Assembly (NCBI GenBank): GCA_011087955.1
Contig: JAALKR010000001.1
Location: 38,449 to 102,448 of the forward strand
Direction: 5' to 3'
Length of the DNA: 64,000 bases
From: Oligoflexia bacterium
GTDB taxonomy: Bacteria > Bdellovibrionota > UBA1018 > CAIPTA01 > JAALKR01
The translations under genes and the position numbers were made by a program. Within the stretch, counting starts at the first letter, position 1. The number at the start of each line of letters is the position of its first letter. Shown one piece after another: positions 10,770-20,647 of the stretch. The notes under the pieces were generated by a model that worked only from the letters and a program-made list of their open reading frames with translations, searched no databases and had not been told where the DNA came from.

Positions 10770-11696
10770 GTGGACGTTAGGATGTGCATGGGACTACAAA
10801 AGACAATACGTAAAGTAGTCCGATTTAAAGGAATCGGTTTACATACTGGCAAACGCGTACATCTAGAATTGCGTTCCGCCAAAGCAAATTCCGGAGTGCG
10901 ATTTATCCGCACCGATATCGACGAGCAAAATATTATTGAAGCACACGTGTATAACGTAACGAGTACGACGCGTGCGACTTCACTTGGTAACGGTACGACT
11001 CGCGTGACCACAGTTGAGCACCTTATGTCGGCTCTCTATGCCTTGGGCGTAGATAATGTGGATTGCTATATTTCTGCAGAAGAGCTTCCTGTTTTAGATG
11101 GCTCTAGCGCCATATTCGCTGAAGAAATTTTAAAAGCAGGTGTGAAAGAACTGAATAGTCCAAAGCGCTTTATTATCGTGGAAAAACCTGTCGAGATTCG
11201 CGATGGAGATAAGCTAGCGCGCATTTCGCCTGCTAAGGAATTTACACTGCACTATACAATTAATTTCGACCACCCTGCGATTGGCAAGCAGAAATTCAAG
11301 TTCACGAAAAGCACAGACTTCTTTGAGGAAATCTCCCGTTCGCGAACCTTTGGCTTTCTAAGTGATGTGGAACGCATGCAAGCCATGGGCTTAGCGCTCG
11401 GAGGCTCTTTAGAAAACACAGTTGTCTTAGACGGAGATTCTGTGATGAATCCTGATGGCCTTCGCTATGAGGATGAGTTCGTTCGTCATAAAGTCTTGGA
11501 TGCTCTGGGCGATTTCGCCCTTTGCGGGCATCCATTAGTTGGTAGGGTGGAATTACACAAGGCTGGACATGATTTACAGACTCGCCTTATCCGAGAATTA
11601 CTTAAGCGTAACAACGCTTACCGCGTGTGTTCTTGGGACACCTCTACGGAGGAGCTTGACCCTGAGTTGGCCCTTGACGAATCAGCACTCGCTTAA
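10770..11696 (+). CDS. lpxC: UDP-3-O-acyl-N-acetylglucosamine deacetylase
   Basis: FKGIGLHTGKRVHLELRSA, HKVLDALGDF motifs of LpxC; start may be at internal Met. Confidence 0.9.
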   Translation: MDVRMCMGLQKTIRKVVRFKGIGLHTGKRVHLELRSAKANSGVRFIRTDIDEQNIIEAHVYNVTSTTRATSLGNGTTRVTTVEHLMSALYALGVDNVDCYISAEELPVLDGSSAIFAEEILKAGVKELNSPKRFIIVEKPVEIRDGDKLARISPAKEFTLHYTINFDHPAIGKQKFKFTKSTDFFEEISRSRTFGFLSDVERMQAMGLALGGSLENTVVLDGDSVMNPDGLRYEDEFVRHKVLDALGDFALCGHPLVGRVELHKAGHDLQTRLIRELLKRNNAYRVCSWDTSTEELDPELALDESALA

Positions 11697-12641
11697 GTCA
11701 TTCAGCATCAGCTTAAGTCTTTGGCGAGCTACCAAAATATCCTTTGCTATCTGGGACTTAAGCTCATCCGACGAAGCAAACCTCTCCTCACCTCGAATAA
11801 ACTCTAGAAAATACAGCCGCACTTCTCGACCGTAGAAATCTCCCTCACTATAATCATAAAGGTGGGTTTCAATCGTTAGTTGTGGAGCCGTTTGCCTCGT
11901 AAATGTTGGACGTAAACCAATATTCGTCACGGAATCATACGACTCACCCCCGATCTCTAATTGAGTCACATAAACTCCAATGCGAGGAACGATTCGCGGA
12001 TCAATTTGAATATTTGCAGTCGGAATACCGAGCTTTTTGCCACGACCTTCTCCTTGGGAAACAATGCCGCCAAGGAAAAATTGTCTCCCTAAACAAGCAT
12101 TCGCCTCCGTAATATCCCCTTGCGAGAGCGCATGACGAATTCGTGAAGAAGAGACAGCAAGCGCGTCTAGCTCTAGAGGCGTGACTTCCTCAATAATCAC
12201 CCCTTGAGGCTTAAGGATCTTTCGTACAAGGTCCGCATTCCCCATGCGCCCTTTACCAAACGCAAAGTCGTAGCCGAGCAAAACAATGCTTGCTCGCAGT
12301 CGTTTTTGCAAAATTTCCACGACAAAATCATCGGCGGACAAATTGGAAAACTCGCGGGAAAAGGGCTGCTCAATAATCATATCGATATCAAGACTGGCGA
12401 GAATCTCTAACTTTTCCTCATAGGTATTGATTAGCTCAAGTGCTTTTTCCGGACGCAGAGCCATTTGCGGATGTGGCTTAAATGTGAGGGCAACGGTCTC
12501 GCCCCTAAGTTTTGCTTTATGCGCTTTTAAGGTATCAAAGATTGAGCGATGCCCTAAATGCACACCATCGAAATTACCAATCGTAACGACGGCATTTCGA
12601 GGAGCCTTTTCTAAGTCCTCAATATTACGCAAAATCTGCAT
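11682..12641 (-). CDS. ribF: bifunctional riboflavin kinase / FAD synthetase
   Basis: VVTIGNFDGVHLGHRSI N-terminal FAD synthetase motif plus C-terminal riboflavin kinase. Confidence 0.9.
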   Translation of the reverse strand: MQILRNIEDLEKAPRNAVVTIGNFDGVHLGHRSIFDTLKAHKAKLRGETVALTFKPHPQMALRPEKALELINTYEEKLEILASLDIDMIIEQPFSREFSNLSADDFVVEILQKRLRASIVLLGYDFAFGKGRMGNADLVRKILKPQGVIIEEVTPLELDALAVSSSRIRHALSQGDITEANACLGRQFFLGGIVSQGEGRGKKLGIPTANIQIDPRIVPRIGVYVTQLEIGGESYDSVTNIGLRPTFTRQTAPQLTIETHLYDYSEGDFYGREVRLYFLEFIRGEERFASSDELKSQIAKDILVARQRLKLMLNDLSEC

Positions 12642-12833
12642 ATAGCTTGACCCTTATCATCCTTGCCTAAAGAAGTCTCATGATGTCGACGATTTAAATT
12701 TGATCAAACATTCAACACTGTCTAAAAGTTCGACAAAAAACGAGTGTTCATCGATAACGATCCGTAATGCAATATGTGATTTCAAATACTTAAAAGGGTA
12801 CTTCTGGTATAAAACTAGCATTATACTTAAGTT

Positions 12834-14375
12834 ATGATGCTAGTTATTAGGAAAGCAACAACTGTTAGGAAGATAATCTCTGGGAAGCAAGCGATCGCCA
12901 AGCTCCATTGCGTGCGCCTCGTTTTAGGTTCGTTCCTTATTGCGATTTTATTCAGTACGGCCGCCCACTCGTTACCAAAATTCGGTCCAAAGATCGACGC
13001 GGTGGAAATTGATAGTGATGTGAAGATCAAGGTCAGCGAAAAAGAAGAAATCGACCCTAAGCAATACCTTATTAATTGTGGCCAGCGCTGCGCCTTCCAA
13101 ACAGCTTCAGAGGTAATGGCCGCGACTCAGGTATATTTCCGCCACTATAAAGAGAGCACGAAAAAATCAATGTCCAAGAGCCGCCAAGACAAAGTACGCA
13201 AATGTATGGCTGGCGACAAGCAAGCCTGTGATAGCAATGATGTCCTCGATTCGATGATGCATTATATGGTGGGCCTCGAGATTCGTGATGGATTTCTGCG
13301 TACGGCATCTGCTCTAAATAATATGAATTCTAAAATCGGCGATTACGAGTGGCAATCTGCCTCGGAAGGCTCTGACGACCCTAATTCCACCGGTGAAACT
13401 CGTTATGAAAAATGGTTCTCTGGCAAAGGTACTTGGGAAGTGATGGATAAAGACAAGCTCCCTATTTTTCCTACCGAAGATCGTGATAATTTCCGTTTTA
13501 ATTTGGCCGATTTTGAAGACATAGAAAGTGAAAAAGACAAGTTAGAAGAATTAGATCCAGACTTCGTAAAGGACTACCAGGCTTTCTTTAATAATTTCCG
13601 CCGACCGGAAGATCGTTTTTTTGCGCGAGCACGCAAAGCCGACACGAATATCCGCACTCTTGCCACAGAGGACGGCGATACAGAGAGCAATGATGCAAAT
13701 GCAAGCTCTAGATTTGTAGCTGATTTTGTCGGAGGAAAAAATGAAGCTGGCGAAACGATATTGGTTCCCGCTGACTTTGAGAAAGATCTGGCTGCGGAAG
13801 TAGCCTCCGGGTTTGAGCGAGTTCGTGGACAAGCCCAAGCTTTTTTAAAGACTGCTCGAAAAGCTCGCAACCCACAAGGCATTCTGCAGGTAGGGAATGG
13901 TAAACGCCCTGCAATTTTTCGCAATGATTTAGATAAGACAGCGATTGACCAGAACCGCGACTTCATCAAGCAAATTGAATTTGAAGCAGCTAAAACTGGT
14001 ACCGACCTAAATACACCCATCAAAGATATTCCAGGTAAAGCTGGTGAAACCATTCGTGAAAGCCTTGCTTTGAACCCTTCGATCAAACCGGAGACAATTG
14101 CTAACGGAACCCTTACAAATGTAATTTCCGAGTTGCAGGCTTCTATTACGCAAGGAACGACTGCTCCCGCTGGCGCACAAGCTATCCAGCAGGCTGCCTA
14201 CGATAATGTGAAACGAATCAATGACCATGTAACGCAATTCATTCAAGGCACGGAAAAGCTAAATAAGGGTCGCACGGAAGATACGCGCACAGTGCGTGCT
14301 TACGCAATCGACATTCCAGCCTTCGATAAATTCCTCGATCAGATTTGGCCAACGGAGGCACGCGGAACACTGTAA
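12834..14375 (+). CDS. hypothetical secreted protein
   Basis: 513 aa, N-terminal signal peptide, acidic/low-complexity, no recognisable domain; next to ECF sigma gene. Confidence 0.5.
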   Translation: MMLVIRKATTVRKIISGKQAIAKLHCVRLVLGSFLIAILFSTAAHSLPKFGPKIDAVEIDSDVKIKVSEKEEIDPKQYLINCGQRCAFQTASEVMAATQVYFRHYKESTKKSMSKSRQDKVRKCMAGDKQACDSNDVLDSMMHYMVGLEIRDGFLRTASALNNMNSKIGDYEWQSASEGSDDPNSTGETRYEKWFSGKGTWEVMDKDKLPIFPTEDRDNFRFNLADFEDIESEKDKLEELDPDFVKDYQAFFNNFRRPEDRFFARARKADTNIRTLATEDGDTESNDANASSRFVADFVGGKNEAGETILVPADFEKDLAAEVASGFERVRGQAQAFLKTARKARNPQGILQVGNGKRPAIFRNDLDKTAIDQNRDFIKQIEFEAAKTGTDLNTPIKDIPGKAGETIRESLALNPSIKPETIANGTLTNVISELQASITQGTTAPAGAQAIQQAAYDNVKRINDHVTQFIQGTEKLNKGRTEDTRTVRAYAIDIPAFDKFLDQIWPTEARGTL

Positions 14376-14377
14376 GT

Positions 14378-15787
14378 TCAGATTTGCTGTACCCAAATAA
14401 TTACGCGGGCGCGTTCCCAAGCCTTACGCTTACGACGCTGGTTCAGATAGGTACGCGTCGGACCCAACTCACGTAATTGCTCCGCAAGCTTTACATAATT
14501 GCCCTCGGTCGTAATGCCATCAAAGTACACGCCACCGGGCATATGCGCTCCAGAGCGGTCCCGTTCCTTCACTTCATTCTTCGAAAGCAGGGATTGAATC
14601 TTCGACACGATCTGACTTGGACTCTCACTCTGTACGATTAGCCGGTAGATAGATGCTTCCTTACGCGAAGGCGCCGGTGGTGCAGATCCACGCCGGTAGT
14701 GGTGACCACTTGGAAATTCCATCTCAGAAAATTCGTCTGCCTCTTCAAACTTCGCGCGAATTGAATTCGCGTCGATCAATGCCAATTTACGCTCAACTGA
14801 TGAATCCGGCACAGCTTTCTTTGCCAAATTACCAATTGGCAACACGGCCTGCGCTTTCACAAGCTTTGCCTCTGAACCTTCGTAATAGGCTAGAATCGAA
14901 GGCAAAAAGAACACCGTCAACGCGCCTACAATACAAAAAGCGAATGACTCTAAGATCAATTTTGCATGCCATGGGATTGGGGTTGGAGAGCGAAACAAGG
15001 CTGAATCTCTCCATGAGCTCGGCTTTGTGCCCCAACCCTCTTCTACCTTCGGACACGCATGTGTCGGCATAGACCGCAAGTGCTGGTGAATGTGCTCCAG
15101 CCCTATCCGATACTCTACCATCTCTTCACAATAACTGTCGAATTCCACATACTCATTATCTAGTGCTCGCTGCACAAGAATCCGCTTCTGAAGTGAATCC
15201 TGCTTCCCCTCTTCTCCAAAGGAGAATGGGTTCCCCGTGGCCCAGCCGAGGTGAACGCGGCCAAAGCGCTCACGCCCTGCCATCAATCGCTTCTCTACTG
15301 CACCAGATGAAATCTGCATAATGCGAGAAATCTCTTCTTTCGAGAAATTACAGCGCTCACGCAGAATTAAGACTAATCTGTGGTCTACCGGAAGGAACTT
15401 CATCGGCGAATCGCGGCGAACGTGATTGCGGCGCCATTCATCGAACTGCTCGTTCAGCACCTCTTGTGCCAGCTGAAATAACCAGATCTTGGCAAAGCGA
15501 CTATAGTTCTCCTTCTCAAAGCGACATGCACCCCTTCGATAGAGAGCCTTAAACTTCTCTTGAGCAATTGCATCGTCACCGAGAATTAAGAATAAGAAAT
15601 CGAAGAGCGCTACGCGATGATCATTGAACAAGGCACGGAAAGTTTTTGGCGCCCCACCTTGTTCCTTCACCATCTGGTTACTGCGTTTTGGCATATTCGG
15701 CCTACCACCAACTAAGGTAAGACCACGCTTCGATCCCTCTTTAGTTAGCCCGTCGGCCGCCGCAGTATTTTTATTTAACGCATGCAT
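14378..15787 (-). CDS. ECF (sigma-70 family) sigma factor fused to a transmembrane anti-sigma-like C-terminal domain
   Basis: sigma region 2 (FRALFNDHRVALFDFLFLILGD...IWLFQLAQ) and region 4 HTH (LPVDHRLVLILRERCNFSKEEISRIMQISSGAVEKRL), then one TM helix (ILESFAFCIVGALTVFFLPSILAYY) and ~150-aa extracytoplasmic tail; likely start at 15694 (MPKRS). Confidence 0.7.
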   Translation of the reverse strand: MHALNKNTAAADGLTKEGSKRGLTLVGGRPNMPKRSNQMVKEQGGAPKTFRALFNDHRVALFDFLFLILGDDAIAQEKFKALYRRGACRFEKENYSRFAKIWLFQLAQEVLNEQFDEWRRNHVRRDSPMKFLPVDHRLVLILRERCNFSKEEISRIMQISSGAVEKRLMAGRERFGRVHLGWATGNPFSFGEEGKQDSLQKRILVQRALDNEYVEFDSYCEEMVEYRIGLEHIHQHLRSMPTHACPKVEEGWGTKPSSWRDSALFRSPTPIPWHAKLILESFAFCIVGALTVFFLPSILAYYEGSEAKLVKAQAVLPIGNLAKKAVPDSSVERKLALIDANSIRAKFEEADEFSEMEFPSGHHYRRGSAPPAPSRKEASIYRLIVQSESPSQIVSKIQSLLSKNEVKERDRSGAHMPGGVYFDGITTEGNYVKLAEQLRELGPTRTYLNQRRKRKAWERARVIIWVQQI

Positions 15788-15980
15788 CGCACTGTTTCAC
15801 CCTACACGTAGTCAGAACCACACCAATTACATCACCATTGGATATATCATGCCTGCCCCCTATTCTAATTATTATCCCCCGCCTTCCCGCAGAGAGTCAA
15901 CAATTGAAAGCAATTTTTCAGGACGCTTTACACCGTAAAACTCATATGATAACAGCAGTTTAAAACCTATTTCCATAGTC

Positions 15981-16565
15981 ATGAAAAAATTTTTCATAAT
16001 CATATTGAGAACTTTGCCGCTACTCCTAGGGGCCGTAGGACTTTATTATTTTGCGGAAAATCAGTGGTCCCCGGATAACCGCCCCAGTCCTGTCTCCGCG
16101 GTGAGTGCCACCAAAGGAATAGGGCAGCCGGCCTTGGATTTTACACTTTCCGTATACGGCAGACCAGGTGAGAAGTTCACACTATCGAGTCTGAGAGGTC
16201 AGGCCATGATTCTAAATTTTTGGGCGACTTGGTGCCTGCCGTGTATTAAGGAAATGCCCGAACTCCTGAAAGTGGCCAAACGCTATAAATCCCAGGGACT
16301 GAAAATCGTAGCTGTCTCAATCGATAAGAACGAAAAATTGATCGAACGCTTCTTTAAACGGTATCCAAAATTAAATGCGATCAAAGACGAATTTACCCTC
16401 GTAATTGACCCCAAATCAGAGACAGCATTGCAGTATGGAACTGCCCGCTACCCAGAAACGTACCTGATAGACCGGAAGTTTATGATCCAAAATAAATTCT
16501 CCGGCGAGCAACCTTGGGCCGCTGCCGGGTATATGAGGTATTATCAGAAAATTTTACAAAAGTAG
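15981..16565 (+). CDS. TlpA/ResA-like periplasmic thiol-disulfide oxidoreductase
   Basis: N-terminal TM anchor, thioredoxin fold with WATWCLPCIKE (CxxC) motif. Confidence 0.8.
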   Translation: MKKFFIIILRTLPLLLGAVGLYYFAENQWSPDNRPSPVSAVSATKGIGQPALDFTLSVYGRPGEKFTLSSLRGQAMILNFWATWCLPCIKEMPELLKVAKRYKSQGLKIVAVSIDKNEKLIERFFKRYPKLNAIKDEFTLVIDPKSETALQYGTARYPETYLIDRKFMIQNKFSGEQPWAAAGYMRYYQKILQK

Positions 16566-16623
16566 TTTGCCCCTCCTACCGATGATTTCATTGGGGAATA
16601 AGCCAGATTGAGGGGATAAAATC

Positions 16624-17322
16624 GTGAAGTCCTTAATTACTACAATTTCATTAGTGATCGCCACAGCTATCACCATAGCGCCTAGCGCGGAGGCGAAAAC
16701 GCGAAAAAATAACATGGTCATCTTAGCGGAAATCGAAAAAAATATCGAAGTCACGAAAAGAAGTATGGAGCTAGCACAAGAGCGTACTAGTAGGTTGGAA
16801 AAATCGGTCGACGATGCCCGTTCGAACGTCATTACGATTCAAAAAGAAATTCATAAAAAAATGAGTGTGCAAAAACGCAGTAATCAATTGATCAGCGAAT
16901 ATAAGGGTCGCCTAAAAGAAGCGGGCACTGCCAGAGATGAATTTCTGAAAGCATTGGAAAAAGACCGCAAAGAATTATTGCTTATTCGAAAGGATATCGT
17001 AACTGCTAAGAAAAAGCTGGGTGCTTTGCAAGCTGCAAAGGCCGCGCTAAAAGAAAGTATAGAGATTTCAGAAGAGAGTTTAGAGAAGATCTCTGGTCGA
17101 TCCAGGCAATGGTCTGACAACCGAAGCGGAGCAGCAGGCGACCTAAAGGACGTATCACAGGAGTTGATTATTTTGCGAAAGCAGAAGAAAGAGCAAGCAG
17201 CAAAGTTGAAACAGAACCAAGCTTCTCTTAAGAAGTGGCGCAAATCCTATGTTGGTTTATCGGATTCGCTACAAAAGCTCACACTTCGCTTAAAGACGGT
17301 TCAACGTGGGAAAAAGAAATAA
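16624..17322 (+). CDS. hypothetical secreted coiled-coil protein
   Basis: GTG start, signal peptide, lysine/glutamate-rich heptad-like sequence. Confidence 0.5.
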   Translation: MKSLITTISLVIATAITIAPSAEAKTRKNNMVILAEIEKNIEVTKRSMELAQERTSRLEKSVDDARSNVITIQKEIHKKMSVQKRSNQLISEYKGRLKEAGTARDEFLKALEKDRKELLLIRKDIVTAKKKLGALQAAKAALKESIEISEESLEKISGRSRQWSDNRSGAAGDLKDVSQELIILRKQKKEQAAKLKQNQASLKKWRKSYVGLSDSLQKLTLRLKTVQRGKKK

Positions 17323-18316
17323 CGAATTTGCTTGCATTGTTGATCCAGCTGCAGACCATGGCAACGCACAGCATCGCTGGCCTTTCTTTAAAGAGAAGCT
17401 CTTTCGTCTAATCAGTGATTCTCCTGTTTACTTTTGCAGTCCTGAAAAATTCGTCGAAGAGTTCATCGAAACGATTATACAAGAGTCCTATAAATCAATT
17501 TTAGTCGCTGGAGATGATCGGACCATAAATCGTATCGCCAATAAACTCATGCAATATGACAAAGCTGAACGACCTCGTTTAGGTTTGCTTTGTGCGAGCG
17601 GAACCAGACAAAGTATATTTAACTCCAACTGCCCGGAAGCTCGCTTTATGAGCAACCAGGAACGCCTAGAAGCCTGTGTCAACCTGATTATGCGTAGAAC
17701 CTTTCGAGAGATTGATCTAGGCAAAGTGGAGTTTGTTGGGTCAAAATGTAATTCACAAACAAACGCCTCAGCTCCAAAAAACGCTTCGGCTCCACAGAAT
17801 GCTCCGACTCCACAGTATTTTGTGAACCTTGCCACCTTTGGCATTTCTAGCTTCATATATGACAGACTGGGAGGGAATGCGGCAGCTCTGCATAGTGGCC
17901 TGGCCTATGTGGCTGCAGCTGCAAAATCTCTACTCTCTTACGATCCCCCGCAGATAACTTTACGAGTAGGCACACGACTAATGGCTAAAAACGAAGAAAT
18001 CTTTAATCTCTTTATTGCCAACGGGCAGTTTGGTCCCGGAGGAATGATCTTGAATGAAAAAGGCTCGCTCTCAGATGGGAAATTCCACGCTCTCATGATC
18101 CCTGAACTTACTGTAAATGAAGTGTTCACCGAACTCCCTAAACTTTGGATGCGCGAAAAAGACTTGAGCCCATCCATTTCACTCACGGGTAAGACCTTCC
18201 GCCTGCAATGCAGCTCTCCAGATGCATTAAGCCGTATTAACTTAGACGGCATCCCTGCCCTGCCTCCGCCGGCCATCATCCAGGTAAAGCGATCTGCAAT
18301 TAGCCTCTACGGCTGA
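17306..18316 (+). CDS. diacylglycerol/lipid kinase catalytic-domain (DAGK_cat, YegS-like) family protein
   Basis: ILVAGDDRTINRIANKL resembles DAGK_cat GGDGT motif region; low-complexity insert NASAPKNASAPQNAPTPQ. Confidence 0.5.
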   Translation: MGKRNNEFACIVDPAADHGNAQHRWPFFKEKLFRLISDSPVYFCSPEKFVEEFIETIIQESYKSILVAGDDRTINRIANKLMQYDKAERPRLGLLCASGTRQSIFNSNCPEARFMSNQERLEACVNLIMRRTFREIDLGKVEFVGSKCNSQTNASAPKNASAPQNAPTPQYFVNLATFGISSFIYDRLGGNAAALHSGLAYVAAAAKSLLSYDPPQITLRVGTRLMAKNEEIFNLFIANGQFGPGGMILNEKGSLSDGKFHALMIPELTVNEVFTELPKLWMREKDLSPSISLTGKTFRLQCSSPDALSRINLDGIPALPPPAIIQVKRSAISLYG

Positions 18317-18417
18317 GCCCCTACACATGTCCATACAAATCAAGTTGACTAAGAAATATCCGTCAAGTTTCTCGCCAATTTGTCGAAACATTAGACAAGG
18401 AAGGTAAGGACGTATTC

Positions 18418-20013
18418 ATGATCAACTGGGATGAAATTAAGCATATTCATGTCATTCGCAAGCTAGAAGAAATTCTAAGCTCTTGGTTCAACACTGGAAT
18501 TCTGATGACGGATGCACAAGGTGAGATTCGAAATCACGGTAAAGATGAGGAGCCACACAGCAAGAATCTTCTTTGCCAGCTGATTCTACAATCAGAAGGA
18601 GGTCATGAGTTCTTAGACAACTTCGCTGCTCAAGCAGGAACCGAACTTAGGAGTTCAGACGACTCTGTCCTTGTAGTGGACGGGCCGCTACCGCATACTC
18701 AAGCCATCATTGCTCGTATGAAAATCGATAGGGAATTCAGTGGCGCCGTAATCGCCTGGCCACACCTTTCTTCTGAACTAACTTCCAAAGATCGTAAGGA
18801 CCTACAAGCTGCTGCCATGAAACTGGGGCTGGATCCTGATGATACCAAAAACGCGATCGATCGCCTCCACACAGTGGAAGATCACTCCGTAGTTTACTTA
18901 AGAGAACTAGTAGAGCTAGTTGGACAAGAGATCGAAACATTTCACAACGAAATTTCTATGCGGGATGATAAAATTAATGAGCTCAACAAAGAGCTTGGTG
19001 TGCGTTACCGCTACGACGCCATGATTGGTAAATCTAAGCCAATGCAAAATCTCTATCTACTATTAGATAAAATTCGCAACTCTGACTCTACAGTGATGAT
19101 TAATGGCGAGAATGGTACTGGAAAAGAACTAATCGCCAAAGCAATTCATTTCAATTCAATCCGTAAAGAATATGCTCTAATGAGTATCAACTGCTCTGCC
19201 TTCAACGAGAACCTTCTCGACTCAGAACTATTCGGTCACGTTCGTGGCGCATTTACGGGTGCAGTAAAGGATAAAAAAGGTCTTTTCGAAGCTGCAGACA
19301 AGGGCACGATCTTCCTTGATGAAATCGGTGATATGAGCTCATCAATGCAAGTAAAGCTTCTTCGCGTATTACAAGAAGGTACGATTCTTCCAGTTGGTTC
19401 AACTGGACCAAAGAAGGTAGACGTACGAGTAGTTACAGCTACCAATAAGGACCTCCGCTCAATGGTAGAAGAAAAAGCCTTCCGAGAGGATTTATACTAC
19501 CGGATTAACGTAATCAACGTGACTGTTCCGCCTCTACGAGACCGTAAGGAAGATATCCCACTATTGGTGGAGCACTTCCTAGAGCGTGGCTGTAAAGAGA
19601 AAGGTATTTCTCAGAAGGGACTAGCGAAGCGTGCTTTAGAAAAAGTGTTTGATTATACATGGCCAGGTAATATTCGAGAACTTGAAAACGAGATGGAACG
19701 CCTAATTGTTCTGTCTGATACAGAATCTCGGATTTCTTTAGATCTTCTTTCTCCTCGAATTAAGGAATACGGTGAGCATACGAAAGTTCAAGGCGTACGC
19801 GTAGCTGGTCGACTAAAGGATGCTCTCGAAGAGTTAGAGAAGACAATGATCAAAGAAGGTTTAAAGCGCACGAACTGGAATAAATCTCGACTAGCAAAAG
19901 AGCTTGGTATCTCTCGAGCAGGATTGATTATGAAGGTAGAGAAGTATAGTCTAGACAAGCGTAAACAAGCGGCTGCCGAAGCTGCAGCTCGTGGAAAGGA
20001 AAGGGCATCCTAA
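18418..20013 (+). CDS. sigma-54-dependent transcriptional activator (no receiver domain; uncharacterised N-terminal sensory domain)
   Basis: AAA+ sigma-54 interaction domain (GENGTGKELIAKAIH, ESELFGHVRGAFTGA), C-terminal Fis-type HTH; N-terminal ~190 aa unassigned. Confidence 0.85.
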   Translation: MINWDEIKHIHVIRKLEEILSSWFNTGILMTDAQGEIRNHGKDEEPHSKNLLCQLILQSEGGHEFLDNFAAQAGTELRSSDDSVLVVDGPLPHTQAIIARMKIDREFSGAVIAWPHLSSELTSKDRKDLQAAAMKLGLDPDDTKNAIDRLHTVEDHSVVYLRELVELVGQEIETFHNEISMRDDKINELNKELGVRYRYDAMIGKSKPMQNLYLLLDKIRNSDSTVMINGENGTGKELIAKAIHFNSIRKEYALMSINCSAFNENLLDSELFGHVRGAFTGAVKDKKGLFEAADKGTIFLDEIGDMSSSMQVKLLRVLQEGTILPVGSTGPKKVDVRVVTATNKDLRSMVEEKAFREDLYYRINVINVTVPPLRDRKEDIPLLVEHFLERGCKEKGISQKGLAKRALEKVFDYTWPGNIRELENEMERLIVLSDTESRISLDLLSPRIKEYGEHTKVQGVRVAGRLKDALEELEKTMIKEGLKRTNWNKSRLAKELGISRAGLIMKVEKYSLDKRKQAAAEAAARGKERAS

Positions 20014-20635
20014 ATTGACAGCTCATTATAGACTAACGCTAGTGCTTGCGCTTTCGCTCATTCTCACTGCGTGTGGCGGCTTTAAAGCTCAACGCGTAGA
20101 TGAAAAGAAAGCCGATAAAGTGGCAATGTCGATAACAGACGAATGGGTCGATGGCGATACAATTCGCGTCGTAGATGAAACCTTATCGAAGATCGAACGC
20201 CACAAGCGATTTAAGCGATTCCTACGTAAGCGCGGCAATAAGGACTTGAAACTGTTCGTTGCTAGTGTAAAAAACAACACTTCAGAAGCTTATTTTCCAG
20301 CAGATGATCTAGAAGAAGCTCTACTGGAGAAAATTTCTGATAGTGAAGTCTTCACGTTGATTGATGCTAGAGCTCGTAAGTCGCTACTAAAGGAAATTAC
20401 TTACCAAAATGATGGTATGCTAGCCCCTGCGGAAGCGAAGCGAATTGGCCATCAGGCTGGTGCAGATGCGCTGCTTTTCGGTACAGTCAACATGCAACCA
20501 AAGACTCGTGACGGAAAGACGCTTAAAACATACTCCGTGAACTTTCGGCTCACGGATCTGGAGCTTGGCGTGGAACTGGTGCGTACTCGGGCTAAGATCA
20601 ATAAAATTTCTAGTCAATCTAGCTCTGGCTGGTAA
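19991..20635 (+). CDS. lipoprotein, LpoB/COG3417-like
   Basis: lipobox LILTAC; ...RIGHQAGADALLFGTVNMQ resembles LpoB-family core; start may be TTG at 20016. Confidence 0.45.
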   Translation: MERKGHPKLTAHYRLTLVLALSLILTACGGFKAQRVDEKKADKVAMSITDEWVDGDTIRVVDETLSKIERHKRFKRFLRKRGNKDLKLFVASVKNNTSEAYFPADDLEEALLEKISDSEVFTLIDARARKSLLKEITYQNDGMLAPAEAKRIGHQAGADALLFGTVNMQPKTRDGKTLKTYSVNFRLTDLELGVELVRTRAKINKISSQSSSGW

Positions 20636-20647
20636 CCTTGGTAATGT

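Noticed and set aside
12795-12815. Sigma-54 promoter-like CTGGTATAAAACTAGCA upstream of 12834
   Set aside because: GG-N10-GC spacing is one short of the canonical TGGCAC-N5-TTGC, and the -12 element is poor.
13551-14246. Several minus-strand ORFs (68-170 aa) inside the 12834..14375 gene
   Set aside because: They overlap one another in different frames and have no features. The plus-strand ORF has a signal peptide and consistent composition.
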